This document shows positions 40,588 to 50,497 of a stretch of DNA of 64,000 nucleotides, one piece after another. The position numbers and the translations under genes are program-made. The notes beneath the pieces are model-generated. The model saw nothing but the letters and a program-made list of their open reading frames with translations, did no database searches and had not been told where the DNA came from. The stretch covers positions 1,472,001 to 1,536,000 of the forward strand of contig OZ220744.1 of the NCBI GenBank assembly GCA_965116925.1. Direction: 5' to 3'. Position 1 is the first letter of the stretch. Each line of letters opens with the position of its first letter. Source of the DNA: Candidatus Poribacteria bacterium (GTDB taxonomy: Bacteria; Poribacteria; WGA-4E; PCPOR2b).

Positions 40588-40680
40588 GTAACTTGGATTG
40601 GAGATTATTCTGGTTTGCCGGTTTCTCTATGACAACGATAGCAGCGATCAAGATGAAGATGTATAGATAAGTGCTCGCAA

Positions 40681-41490
40681 TTAGTAGTTTTGGACTTGTT
40701 TTTTGAATTGCATTGATAATATCGCTGAAAGTTCCCTTGCCAATAATCCGGGTACTTGGCGATCTATTTCGTTTGAAATCTCGCTATACCCCTCTTCCTG
40801 CATATCCCCATCCGCTTCTTGGTGGTCTACATTTTTATCACATTCAGGGCAATGAATACGATAGAGTCGATCGTTGAAAAGATGCAGGTTATGTTTGATA
40901 GCTTTCAAGCTGAGGATCATTGGTTGTGTTATTCTAGGAATCCACTCTCTCCAAAGATTTATATCATATTCCCACAGACGAATGACTTCTTTGGCTTCAA
41001 CCTCTATACAAGGGAACGACAGTTTTCTGAATGCCTCCCATTTTGCATCATCAACGGGATGCGTGTCCCGGACCTCTATTCCGTAAGCAGCTTTTCCATT
41101 TCGGAGAAGCGCGACATCCACTCTGTATCTGTCAACATCAACTTCACATTTGACCTCAGCACCATAGCCTTTAACTATTTGACTATGGGTGCCATACTGC
41201 GAACAGTTTGGGCACTTTCGGAATACGCTAACATGCCCCGGTCCCTCCGTGTGAATACTTCTCCAATACATCAGATAGATCATCTGCTTTGCGATCTTAT
41301 GGCGAACACCTTCGCCAGAACACCCTGTATCTGGCTTATGGGCAAAATGAGGCTGCCTGATGTCTCCACGTCTCAAGACAACTTCGTCATCACATATTGG
41401 ACATGAGAAATCTTGTCCTTTTTCTGCAACTTGAGGGGACACAGGAACATCACCGTTAATCAAGGCGTAAGGAATCTGTAAATTCTGCAT
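40681..41490 (-). CDS. CoiA-like zinc-finger plus PD-(D/E)XK nuclease-family protein
   Basis: CPIC..V.LRRG..RQPHFAH...C...H..AK; E..V..YRVDV..IEV..TH. Confidence 0.7.
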   Translation of the reverse strand: MQNLQIPYALINGDVPVSPQVAEKGQDFSCPICDDEVVLRRGDIRQPHFAHKPDTGCSGEGVRHKIAKQMIYLMYWRSIHTEGPGHVSVFRKCPNCSQYGTHSQIVKGYGAEVKCEVDVDRYRVDVALLRNGKAAYGIEVRDTHPVDDAKWEAFRKLSFPCIEVEAKEVIRLWEYDINLWREWIPRITQPMILSLKAIKHNLHLFNDRLYRIHCPECDKNVDHQEADGDMQEEGYSEISNEIDRQVPGLLARELSAILSMQFKKQVQNY

Positions 41491-41510
41491 TTTGGTTGCT
41501 TCTTTCGTAA

Positions 41511-42008
41511 TTATTGCTTTTTTGCGTAGACCGTTAAACCGATTACGAGGTCATCAGGTTGTTGTCTGGTTGAGACAGTCTTCTGAACAACACGGATATC
41601 AGAAGCACGGACATTCAACGCAATACGGGTAGTTGTGTGGATATATCCCTTAAACTGTTTTACCAACTTCCATACATCGCCGTCAGATCGTCGTGTATAG
41701 ATATCAACATTCTTGATGGGACCTCCAAGCGTTTCGATGTGCATAAAACGCATGAATTGCGATTTGTCAGTAGAGAACTGATAAACTCGTGCTATCCCTT
41801 CATAGCCGCGTAGGAATGGAGGTGTTAATAATGTATTTCCCGTCGTAGGCGACCAGTAATTATCGGAAAATCTGCCTTGTATCAATTCAGATTCACCGTC
41901 GTCAAGATATGGCAAGGCAGAGGAACACCCTAGAACAACTACTATGCAAAATAAGAATAGAAATCCTATTGTTTGAACATTAGATTGTATATACTTGCGA
42001 AAATTCAT
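41511..42008 (-). CDS. Hypothetical lipoprotein
   Basis: Hydrophobic signal with VLGC lipobox; GAGG RBS before ATG 42008. Confidence 0.6.
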   Translation of the reverse strand: MNFRKYIQSNVQTIGFLFLFCIVVVLGCSSALPYLDDGESELIQGRFSDNYWSPTTGNTLLTPPFLRGYEGIARVYQFSTDKSQFMRFMHIETLGGPIKNVDIYTRRSDGDVWKLVKQFKGYIHTTTRIALNVRASDIRVVQKTVSTRQQPDDLVIGLTVYAKKQ

Positions 42009-42025
42009 TGGGATTTTTCCTCGCT

Positions 42026-42184
42026 TCATTCGTAGATGAAGAAGCCTATATCTACACATTCCCTTTTTGCAGTCTGCCGCATCGTTTCAAAGCGCATGTC
42101 GGACTCGTGAGGCAGCGTCCATTGTAGGTGTCCGTCAGTGATGAGATCTCTTGGATCAAGGAAGATACGGGTGGGGCGTTTCAT
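42026..42184 (-). CDS. Small hypothetical protein, 52 aa (MKRPTRIFLDPRDLITDGHLQW...)
   Basis: GGAGGT RBS 5 nt before ATG; fills the gap between two co-oriented genes; below the ORF track cutoff. Confidence 0.5.
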   Translation of the reverse strand: MKRPTRIFLDPRDLITDGHLQWTLPHESDMRFETMRQTAKRECVDIGFFIYE

Positions 42185-42198
42185 CTGTTACCTCCGCG

Positions 42199-42615
42199 TT
42201 AGAGGTTTAATGTTTTTGTACCTTTCTCACCTTTTTGGTTCATCCAGTTCACGATAAAAGTCAAGGGGCGATTTGGGTGTATTTGCGGGTAGGTAAATGC
42301 CCACTTCTGATAGTAACGAAACTTAGCACCATCCCATGCTGGGCCAACGGGCGATAAAGTAGCCCTCCCGTTTCGCTTCCCTTCAACCGTCACCTGATGG
42401 ACGGGCGCGCTGAATGCTAAAACAAAATGCTGTTTTTCGAGATCGCCGTGTTTGACGATGACGCGACGGGGAGATAGATTAGAGGTGCGTTTGATAGAAA
42501 CCGTCGTGGTTCTATCCAGTTCTATCCCACGTGGTTCTATCCAGTTATGGGATGACGAACAAGCGAGTATCCCCCCCATCAGTAACAACGCTTGCATTTT
42601 CACATCGATTTTCAT
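42199..42615 (-). CDS. Hypothetical lipoprotein
   Basis: Signal ending ILAC-SS; start uncertain. Confidence 0.55.
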   Translation of the reverse strand: MKIDVKMQALLLMGGILACSSSHNWIEPRGIELDRTTTVSIKRTSNLSPRRVIVKHGDLEKQHFVLAFSAPVHQVTVEGKRNGRATLSPVGPAWDGAKFRYYQKWAFTYPQIHPNRPLTFIVNWMNQKGEKGTKTLNL

Positions 42616-42816
42616 CTGTTTTCTCTCGCCGTTGTATCGCTTCTGGATGCACCTAGACACCAGTGCAAGGTCTCGATTTGATGCTCAGGGATTCCTGTTG
42701 CACCACATATCGCACCTGACAAGCACCGTCACGGTGGGTTACCCGCCGATTCCATGCTGCCCTGTCCCCAGCGGAGGGCATGAAAGTTCTTGGGTGTCAA
42801 GGGGTTTTTGCAATTA

Positions 42817-42913
42817 TAGTGGATCTTAGAATTAATGAGACACGTCAAACCGGTGCGGTTACAAACCGCACCTACCGGGGGCGAGAATGTCTGTTTATTT
42901 TTAGAATCCACTA
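42817..42913. mobile_element. MITE family B (97 bp, TA-flanked) with REP hairpin
   Basis: TA-TAGTGGATCTTAGAATTAA...TTTTAGAATCCACTA-TA; internal minus-strand GTAGGTGCGGTTTGTAACCGCACC; homolog at 50718-50820. Confidence 0.85.
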
Positions 42914-42959
42914 TAGTATGCGGCTCGCTTGCTGCGATTACTTCGTCCATTGGGAACTT

Positions 42960-44327
42960 TCATTCAAAGGTGCGGTAATTGAGAAATGTTTTATCATTTT
43001 TCCGAATTACGATATCCTCCAACGTATCCGTTTTAACCCGTCGGTTAGCGCGGTCAGAAAACGAAAGTGTGATATTGTGTGTACCTGCTGGTAAGCGCAT
43101 CCGCACAAGAAAAATCTGATTCGGTAGGGTCTGCCATGAACGGGTGTCTGCACTTTCGGTGGCGACATTCAGTAAATTGACAAGCTTGCCGAGCGTCTCT
43201 CCCTCTTGATTGGCACGACGGAAACCGAGATACTTTAAGACGCCACGTACAACCGTGCGGAGCATAATAGTCGGCAGCTCGGATTCAAACGTTTTCATCG
43301 CTGCGGCTTCGATATCTTCAACCAAAACCCCGGAGGCACCCCCATGCGCTGTAGATGCGTCAATACCCACGATTCTTGGGCGATTTGAGCGATAAGCGGG
43401 AATTGCGACGCGCAAGAGGTATTCGATTTCAACTTCTTTATACCGTCGGTTACGTCTGCGTATCAATGTGCGCCCATATTCCCGCATCTCTTTTTCGTCT
43501 CGATCGGCATCCTCCTGCACAATGGGATCGACCTTGAGAATGGGGAAGACTATGTTTTCTTCAATTTTGAAGGGGGCGAACCCTGTTTCGTAGAGTAGGA
43601 TAAGTTCGCCTGAATTGGGAGCGCGTTCAGGCGGTTCCCCGTAGGTTGCCGCGTATTTTTCAAACTCCTCTTGAAAACCTAACTGCCCCGCGAGACGCAC
43701 CAGAGACTCCCCCACATCCTGTGGAAAAGGAACCCCTAGGGCTCCATACTGTTTATATGCTCTTTCCGCCCAGCGATAGGCGATGAACGCATCGTTCCAA
43801 TCCCCCGCCCACTCATAGAGAATGCCCGATAAATACGCGGTGAAAGCAGCACCGACAAACTCGTAATTCTCGTCGGCATCGGCGTAGAATTGCAGCAGCC
43901 TGCTCGCTTTCCGGCACTCAACGAGTGCGTCATCCGGCATGTTCAGATAGACGTAATTGAATGCGCGATAGTAATGAATCAGCAGCCGTTCATATTGGCT
44001 CCCAGCGTATGAGCGGAGGTTATCTGAAGTGAGGAGTGAGACCGCTTCTCGCGAGATGCTTTTGGTGTATAGGTCATCCGAAGTAATCTCGGCAAGCTCA
44101 AACGTACGGTTGCTCTCATCGAACTGGGTGCCGTAGTGGGTGATAAGTCCACGTTCAAAAAGATACGGTAATTTGGCTTCTCCCTTACCGTCTGCATCCA
44201 GTTCAATCAGCGCAGCATCAAAATCGCCTTGTTCAAAAGCGATCCGTACCTCCTCCATGCTGTAAGGGCTACATCCAAGCCCTAGGTATAGCAGTACCAG
44301 GAGCGGAAGAATTTTCACGATTTGCAT
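42960..44327 (-). CDS. TPR-like lipoprotein (COG3014-type), commonly adjacent to lpoB
   Basis: GLGC lipobox, YLFERG, ALVECR, ADTRSWQTLP. Confidence 0.75.
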   Translation of the reverse strand: MQIVKILPLLVLLYLGLGCSPYSMEEVRIAFEQGDFDAALIELDADGKGEAKLPYLFERGLITHYGTQFDESNRTFELAEITSDDLYTKSISREAVSLLTSDNLRSYAGSQYERLLIHYYRAFNYVYLNMPDDALVECRKASRLLQFYADADENYEFVGAAFTAYLSGILYEWAGDWNDAFIAYRWAERAYKQYGALGVPFPQDVGESLVRLAGQLGFQEEFEKYAATYGEPPERAPNSGELILLYETGFAPFKIEENIVFPILKVDPIVQEDADRDEKEMREYGRTLIRRRNRRYKEVEIEYLLRVAIPAYRSNRPRIVGIDASTAHGGASGVLVEDIEAAAMKTFESELPTIMLRTVVRGVLKYLGFRRANQEGETLGKLVNLLNVATESADTRSWQTLPNQIFLVRMRLPAGTHNITLSFSDRANRRVKTDTLEDIVIRKNDKTFLNYRTFE

Positions 44328-44339
44328 GGCTTGCTCTTT

Positions 44340-44945
44340 CTAAAAAGCTGCGCGCTTTCGCTCAATGAACTTCTTAATTTTCTTTTGACCAAGCCATATT
44401 TTTTCATTGGTTTCGATGTTGGTCAAGGTCAGGTCGGTTTGATAAAATGTGACCTGTTTACCGCCTTCACGGTCTTCGATGGTGTTGATCTGTCCTGTCA
44501 TCATATAGTCCGCGCCCAACTCTTGACCCATCGCCTTGACGGTTTCGAGGCTGGCAAACTTGCTCTGATCTCCCTTTTCATCGCGTAATTCACCTCGCTC
44601 GGTGGCACTAGCAACAACAGACACCAAACCGGAATTGATAAACGCACGCTCAATATCGCTGACAAACGTAGGAATTGCGATATGCTCTGTGCTGCGGTTG
44701 CGAATTGCACCAACGATAACAACCGGCTTTTTGCCTGCGGCACCGACCATGTGCTGTGAGATCCACGGGTGATTGAGACAGTCCGCGATCATCGCCTCTG
44801 AAACTTGACGAGAATCGGTGTCATTCCATCGTCCCGAAAGGTCAATGGTTGTGTCGACTTCGATACGCTCGACTGTTTTTGCCGAACCGCATCCTGCAAG
44901 AGTGATGAACAGAATGCAAGCGATTGGGATGATTACCTGTTTCAT
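44340..44945 (-). CDS. lpoB: Penicillin-binding protein activator LpoB-like lipoprotein
   Basis: LAGC lipobox, DLSGRWNDTD, NRSTEHI, GADYM..G.I, E.IW...KIKK. Confidence 0.8.
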   Translation of the reverse strand: MKQVIIPIACILFITLAGCGSAKTVERIEVDTTIDLSGRWNDTDSRQVSEAMIADCLNHPWISQHMVGAAGKKPVVIVGAIRNRSTEHIAIPTFVSDIERAFINSGLVSVVASATERGELRDEKGDQSKFASLETVKAMGQELGADYMMTGQINTIEDREGGKQVTFYQTDLTLTNIETNEKIWLGQKKIKKFIERKRAAF

Positions 44946-45379
44946 GATTCCTCCTAATTTTTGAGAGTGTATAGATTATGTTGAGGTTTCAACTTAGCCA
45001 GATAAAATCTGATACGAATCGTTACTAAACAAAGTTTACATAACAACTTAACGACTAGCAATTTAGATGCCACAATTATCTCGAATCATACACAACGTAT
45101 TGTATCAATAACCGAGTTTTTCGGCAAACGCTTTCTCAGGCTGATTTTGGGTATGTTTTTGACATGGGCTATGATTTAAGAGAGAATTGCATAATCACAG
45201 AGCGGTTGTCGAAACTTTGCCACACTATTGTCGTAAAAATGCCACACTGACGCCTAGAATGGGAATCGAAGTTCAGTTGGGCAGCTTGAGCAATCAACGA
45301 TATAGGATTATACCATACATTTATTCGTAAGTCTATAATCTCAGAAACGAAAGGACTGCCTCATAGGGTTGGCATTATA

Positions 45380-46093
45380 TCACTTAGGCTTGGTAACGAA
45401 AGTAATCGTCGCCTGTAGTGCATTGCCAGCCCCATCTCGGACATCAATTTCAATCTTGTAGGTTGTTTCGTTGACTAGTTCCTGTCCTGCAACTGCGGTC
45501 AATGTTGCCGTCTGATCCGCCACGTTGGCAATCCAGTTGAGGTCAGCCCCCGCCTCATCGGTCAGTTTAATAGTTCCTGTGACGGGTTCGTCAAAATCGA
45601 ACCGGAAGCCGCCGGCATTGATTGGCGCGGGGTCAGCATCTGCATCTCCATCGGAAACTGTACCACTCGTAATTGCAGGAGGCACATGGTGAACTACCCA
45701 AACTGTATAAGGGCCAACTAATTGAGAACCGGTCGAGCCATCACGGGTCTTCCACTCGATTGCTAAAACTTGTCCTGCTTTCCATTCTAACGACAGATTG
45801 TAGGACCACACACTCCAATTCTGTCCTGAACCTGTAGCGGTTGCACCATTGACTGTCACTGCTGCAACCTCTTGATTAAACCGCAATGTGAATTCTGTTC
45901 TGTCCACGTCAATGTCTGAACCGGGCGGCGGATCGACCACGACCGTAATTGCAGGGCGAGGTGGAGCGTCAGCCTCTAATTGTGGCGGTTCCACAACTTT
46001 TTCGGGTAGATCATCATCGCCGCAGCCGCCGAATATACAGATAATGAGCATCCCAATCGTGATTAGAATGTCTACTCTTAAAAGTCTGTGCAT
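45380..46093 (-). CDS. Ig-like surface lipoprotein, array copy 6
   Basis: MHRLLR..GGC signal; conserved C-terminal ITSGTV...FVTKPK domain. Confidence 0.8.
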   Translation of the reverse strand: MHRLLRVDILITIGMLIICIFGGCGDDDLPEKVVEPPQLEADAPPRPAITVVVDPPPGSDIDVDRTEFTLRFNQEVAAVTVNGATATGSGQNWSVWSYNLSLEWKAGQVLAIEWKTRDGSTGSQLVGPYTVWVVHHVPPAITSGTVSDGDADADPAPINAGGFRFDFDEPVTGTIKLTDEAGADLNWIANVADQTATLTAVAGQELVNETTYKIEIDVRDGAGNALQATITFVTKPK

Positions 46094-46136
46094 TGAGTTA
46101 ATCCTTTCTGGGACACGGTCCCTTCAGTCTGTAGTA

Positions 46137-47184
46137 GGGCCTTATGCTAGTTAACTCCCCTCTTTTTATAGCAACTAAAAAAAGGGGAGTTAAAAAGTCC
46201 TCCAATCTGTTACTATAGATGGACTCAACACCCCATCTAAAACTGGAGGATACTCATAATGATAACCGATTTTGATGACCTGTGTCTATGGACTTATGTC
46301 ATTGTTGATGACATTGTAAAAAAACTCGCACCCTTACTCCGGCGCCCCGGTCCCTGTCCCAATTGTAGCGATAGCGAGTTAATCACTATGATATTGATTG
46401 CCGAGTGTAAGGGGTGGGATATCGAAACACAACTGCTATCCGAATTTAGCCAACACCGGCATCTGTTCCCGATACTGCCTTGTCAGTCCCGATTCAACCG
46501 ACGCAGACGCAATTTGGGAGCAATCATCAATCAGATTCGGCAGATGCTCTTGTCAGACATCGAAGGGACTGAACAGAAGTTATGTGTTATTGATAGTTTG
46601 CCGATTCCAGTCATGCAATTTCATCTGGTGCCTTCGTCCTCAAATGATTGGTCATGCTATGGTGCTGATTATGGTCGAGTCGAATCAATGAAACAGACCA
46701 TTTTCGGCTATAAATTGCATCTGTTAGTCACCGCAAGTGGAGTGATTGTTGATTTTGTACTGGCACCCGCTTCTGAAACCGATTTATCTGTAGGTCACGA
46801 ATTGCTCTCTAAACACTACAATAAGCAAGTGATAGGAGATAAAGCCTATATCAGCACCGACATCAAAGACCAATTAGCCCAACTCAACGGTATCGAGCTG
46901 ATAACGATACCCCGCCGCAACCAGAAACAGCAAATCTCCAGACAAACCCAGCGGTGGATTAACCAAATGCGGCAGATAGTTGAAACCGTTAATGGGCAAT
47001 TGACTCAACAATTTCATATTAAAAAGAATCATGCACATACGTTCTGGGGAGTCTGCACGCGGTTACACGCCAAACTCACCGCTCATACGTTATGTATTTA
47101 TCTGAATCAGCTATTCAAAAAAGAGGCATTTCTACAGATTAAACAGTTGGCTTTTCCTGTGCATTAGGAACTAGCATAAGACCC
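46137..47184 (+). mobile_element. IS982-family insertion sequence
   Basis: TIRs GGGCCTTATGCTAGTT / AACTAGCATAAGACCC; TAGTA duplicated at 46132-46136 and 47185-47189; empty paralogous spacer at 50400-50497. Confidence 0.9.
46259..47167 (+). CDS. IS982-family DDE transposase
   Basis: SDSELIT, FNRR, IDSLP, FGYKLH, GDKAY, RQIVET. Confidence 0.9.
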   Translation: MITDFDDLCLWTYVIVDDIVKKLAPLLRRPGPCPNCSDSELITMILIAECKGWDIETQLLSEFSQHRHLFPILPCQSRFNRRRRNLGAIINQIRQMLLSDIEGTEQKLCVIDSLPIPVMQFHLVPSSSNDWSCYGADYGRVESMKQTIFGYKLHLLVTASGVIVDFVLAPASETDLSVGHELLSKHYNKQVIGDKAYISTDIKDQLAQLNGIELITIPRRNQKQQISRQTQRWINQMRQIVETVNGQLTQQFHIKKNHAHTFWGVCTRLHAKLTAHTLCIYLNQLFKKEAFLQIKQLAFPVH

Positions 47185-47244
47185 TAGTAAGGTAATTGAT
47201 TGTGTAGTTGGACACGCGATAATTCGCTTTATTGAGGAGAAGCA

Positions 47245-47949
47245 TCACTTGGGTTTAGTAACGAAAGTAATTGTTGCTTGAGTCGCATTGCCAGCCCCAT
47301 CGTGGACATCAATTTGAATCTTGTAGGTTGTCTCGTTAGCAAGTTCCTGTCCTGCAACCGCAGTCAACGCTGCTGTCTGACCGGCCACGGTGGCAATCCA
47401 GTTGAGGTTGGCACCTGCTTCATCGGTCAGCTTAATGGTGCCTGTGACGGCTTCGTCAAAATCGAACCGGAAGCCGCCGGCATTGATTGGTGCAGGATCG
47501 ACATCTGCTGCCCCATCTGCAACTGTACCACTCGTAATTACGGGAGGTTCACCGCTGCCCCATACAACTTCATAAGGACCTACTTTTGCAAAAGCCGTAG
47601 AGCCATCTCGGTTTGTCCACATGATTTTCAGTGTGTGAGGTCCTTCGGGTAAAATAGGTTTCGCACGCCACTTCCAATTGAGTCCCGAACCTGTAGCGGG
47701 TGTACCGTTGACTGTCACCGCTACAACCTCCTCATTAAACGTCAATGTGAATTCTGTGTGGGGTAGAATATAGCCTCCCGATGCTGGATCTACTATAACT
47801 GTTATTGTCGGGGGTGACGGTACATCATCTTCTGGTTGTGGTGGGTCTACAACTTCCTCAATTAGATCATTGTCGCCGCAACCGCCGATTATACAGATAA
47901 TGAGCATCCAAAACGTGATTAGAATGGCAGTTCTTAAGAATTTGTGCAT
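47245..47949 (-). CDS. Ig-like surface lipoprotein, array copy 5
   Basis: Same signal peptide and C-terminal domain as the other paralogs. Confidence 0.8.
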   Translation of the reverse strand: MHKFLRTAILITFWMLIICIIGGCGDNDLIEEVVDPPQPEDDVPSPPTITVIVDPASGGYILPHTEFTLTFNEEVVAVTVNGTPATGSGLNWKWRAKPILPEGPHTLKIMWTNRDGSTAFAKVGPYEVVWGSGEPPVITSGTVADGAADVDPAPINAGGFRFDFDEAVTGTIKLTDEAGANLNWIATVAGQTAALTAVAGQELANETTYKIQIDVHDGAGNATQATITFVTKPK

Positions 47950-47978
47950 CGTTTGAGTCCTTTCTTAAAGAGGATATA

Positions 47979-48701
47979 TCACTTGGGTTTAGTAACAAAA
48001 GTAAGCGTCGCTTGAGTTTGATTGCCCACACCATCGTGGACATCAATTTGAATCTTGTAAGTTGTCTCGTTGATCAGTTCCTGTCCTGCCGCCGCGGTCA
48101 ACGTTGCTCTGTGACCCACCACGTTGGCAATCCACTTGAGGTCAGCACCCGCCTCATCGGTCAGTTTAATAGTTCCTGTGATGGGTTCGTCGAAATCAAA
48201 CCGGAAGCCACCCACATTGATTGGCGCAGGGTCGACATTTGCCTCCCCATCTGATACGGTACCACTCGTAATATAGGCGGGGTCTTCATCGTCCCATACA
48301 ACTTTATAAGGACCAACCTCCATAGTACCCGTTGAGCCATCGCGGTTTATCCACTCGACAACCACAAGTACTAATCCCGCGGGTAAATAAGGCTGCGCGC
48401 TCCACCTCCAATCGCGCCTCCGACCTTTAGCGGGTGTACCATTGACTGTCACTGCTACAACCTCCTCATTAAACGTCAACATGAATTCTGTGGCTGGGTT
48501 AATAAGATAGACAACTCCATCAGTGCTTGCACGTGGTGGTGGATCCATCACAACCTCTGTCGCAGAGGCGAGTCGAACATAATCTTCTGATTGTGGTGGA
48601 TCCGTAACATCTTCAGATGGATTATCGCCACAACCGCCGATTATACCGATAATAAGCATCCCAAACGTGATTAGAACCCCTGCTCTTAAAAGTCTGTGCA
48701 T
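47979..48701 (-). CDS. Ig-like surface lipoprotein, array copy 4
   Basis: Same signal peptide and C-terminal domain as the other paralogs. Confidence 0.8.
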   Translation of the reverse strand: MHRLLRAGVLITFGMLIIGIIGGCGDNPSEDVTDPPQSEDYVRLASATEVVMDPPPRASTDGVVYLINPATEFMLTFNEEVVAVTVNGTPAKGRRRDWRWSAQPYLPAGLVLVVVEWINRDGSTGTMEVGPYKVVWDDEDPAYITSGTVSDGEANVDPAPINVGGFRFDFDEPITGTIKLTDEAGADLKWIANVVGHRATLTAAAGQELINETTYKIQIDVHDGVGNQTQATLTFVTKPK

Positions 48702-48729
48702 TGTTTGAGTCCTTTCTTAAAGGGATATA

Positions 48730-49437
48730 TCACTTGGGTTTCGTAACAAAAGTAATCGTCGCCTGTAGGCCATTTCCAACCGGATCTTGGACATTTATCT
48801 CAATCTTGTAGGTTGTCTCGTTAGCAAGTTCTTGTCCTGCAATTGCATTTAACGTTGCTGTCTGACCCGCCACATTTCCGATCCAATGGAGGTCGGCACC
48901 TGCCTCATCAGTCAGCTTAATGGTGCCTGTGATGGGTTCATCGAAATCAAACCGAAAGCCACCTGCATTGATTGGCGCAGGGTCGATATCGTTAGCCCCG
49001 TCGCTTACTGTACCACTCGCAATATAGGGAGGTTCTCCGGGGCACCCTGATACAACGTGATAAGGACCTGCTTCCGCAAAAGCCGTAGAGCCATCTCGGT
49101 TTGTCCACATGATTTTCAGAATGGACGTTCCTTCGGATAAAGAGCCGCCGAACCATTCCCAATTGAGCCCCGAACCTGTCGCGGGTGTTTCATTGACTGT
49201 CACTGCTACCACTCCCTCATTAAACGTCAAAGTGAATTCTATGCATTGAGGAATAACAACATTTCCTCGTGGTGGTGGATCTATCACAACCTCTGTCGCA
49301 GAAGCGGGGCCAATATCATCTGCTGATTGTGGTGGATCCGTAACATCTTCAGGTGAATTATCAGCGCAACCGTTGATTATACTGATAATAAGCATTCCAA
49401 ACATGATTAGAACCCCTGCTCTTAAAAGTCTGTGCAT
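48730..49437 (-). CDS. Ig-like surface lipoprotein, array copy 3
   Basis: Same signal peptide and C-terminal domain as the other paralogs. Confidence 0.8.
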   Translation of the reverse strand: MHRLLRAGVLIMFGMLIISIINGCADNSPEDVTDPPQSADDIGPASATEVVIDPPPRGNVVIPQCIEFTLTFNEGVVAVTVNETPATGSGLNWEWFGGSLSEGTSILKIMWTNRDGSTAFAEAGPYHVVSGCPGEPPYIASGTVSDGANDIDPAPINAGGFRFDFDEPITGTIKLTDEAGADLHWIGNVAGQTATLNAIAGQELANETTYKIEINVQDPVGNGLQATITFVTKPK

Positions 49438-49466
49438 CGTTATAGTCCTTTCTTAAAGAGGATATA

Positions 49467-50399
49467 TCACTTGGGTTTGGTAACGAAAGTAATTGTCGCC
49501 TTTAGTTGATTGCCACACCCATCTTGGACATCAATTTCGACCTTGTAGGTTGTCTCGTTGACAAGTTCCTGTCCTGCAACCGGCGTCAGAGTTGCTGTCT
49601 GACCTACAACGATTCCAATCCAGTCGAGGTCTTCACCCGCCTCATTGGTCAGGTTTATGACACCTGTGACGACTTCGTCGAAATCAAACCGAAAGCCACG
49701 CGCATTGATTAGCGCGGGGTCGACATCTGCCGTCCCATCTGCCACTGTGCCACTCGTAATTACGGTAGCATCACAATCAATAATATATCCAACGTAATAG
49801 GGACCAACCCTTCTAGCCTCTGCAGAACCATCGCGGTTTATCCACTCGATACTCAAAAATTCTGCTTCCCCTGGCGGTACATGGTCGGACCAGACCCTCC
49901 AATCACGCCCCGACCCCTCAGCAGACCTGCTGTTGACCTTCACCTCCAGAACCCCTGTACTGAACCGTAATGTCAGTTCCTGTCCGTGATTGATATACGA
50001 GAGACGCCCTGGTGCTGGATCTACTATGACGGTCACTGGCTTTAAGACGTAGAAAGTGATCGCCTTAGACCCAGCAAGGAAATTATCTCGATTTCTCCAT
50101 TCAACGGTGACCGTGTTCTCTGCACCAAGAATTATGTTGGGCAAATCTTTAATTTCCACAATTGCAGTACTGTCTTGGATTATTGCTGATTTCCCGTCCA
50201 CATAAACGGACTTGGGAAAACCATCAAAGGTCATCTTGAGTTGCCCCGCTGCCGAAACTATTCCTCCATCTTCAGGAACGGTGGTAAGTAACTTAATCTC
50301 ATCATGCTCAGTCGGGTCATCATCAGTGCAACCGCTGATAGTACAGATAATAAGCACCCCAAACGTGATTAGGATGCCTGCTCTTAAAAGTTTGTGCAT
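49467..50399 (-). CDS. Ig-like surface lipoprotein, array copy 2 (one extra variable domain)
   Basis: Same ends as paralogs; the V.VN/DG..A...EW.NRD module occurs twice. Confidence 0.8.
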   Translation of the reverse strand: MHKLLRAGILITFGVLIICTISGCTDDDPTEHDEIKLLTTVPEDGGIVSAAGQLKMTFDGFPKSVYVDGKSAIIQDSTAIVEIKDLPNIILGAENTVTVEWRNRDNFLAGSKAITFYVLKPVTVIVDPAPGRLSYINHGQELTLRFSTGVLEVKVNSRSAEGSGRDWRVWSDHVPPGEAEFLSIEWINRDGSAEARRVGPYYVGYIIDCDATVITSGTVADGTADVDPALINARGFRFDFDEVVTGVINLTNEAGEDLDWIGIVVGQTATLTPVAGQELVNETTYKVEIDVQDGCGNQLKATITFVTKPK

Positions 50400-50497
50400 T
50401 GAGTTAATCCTTTCTGGGACACGGTCCCTTCAGTTGGCAGTAAGGTAATTGATTGTGTGATTGGACACGCGATAATTTGCTTTATTGACAGGAAGTA

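Noticed and set aside
42729..42950. 73-aa ORF
   Set aside because: Largely the translation of the family B MITE; no independent gene evidence
45219..45248. TGCCACACT direct repeat with 21-nt period upstream of lpoB
   Set aside because: Only two short copies; cannot be distinguished from chance without comparative data
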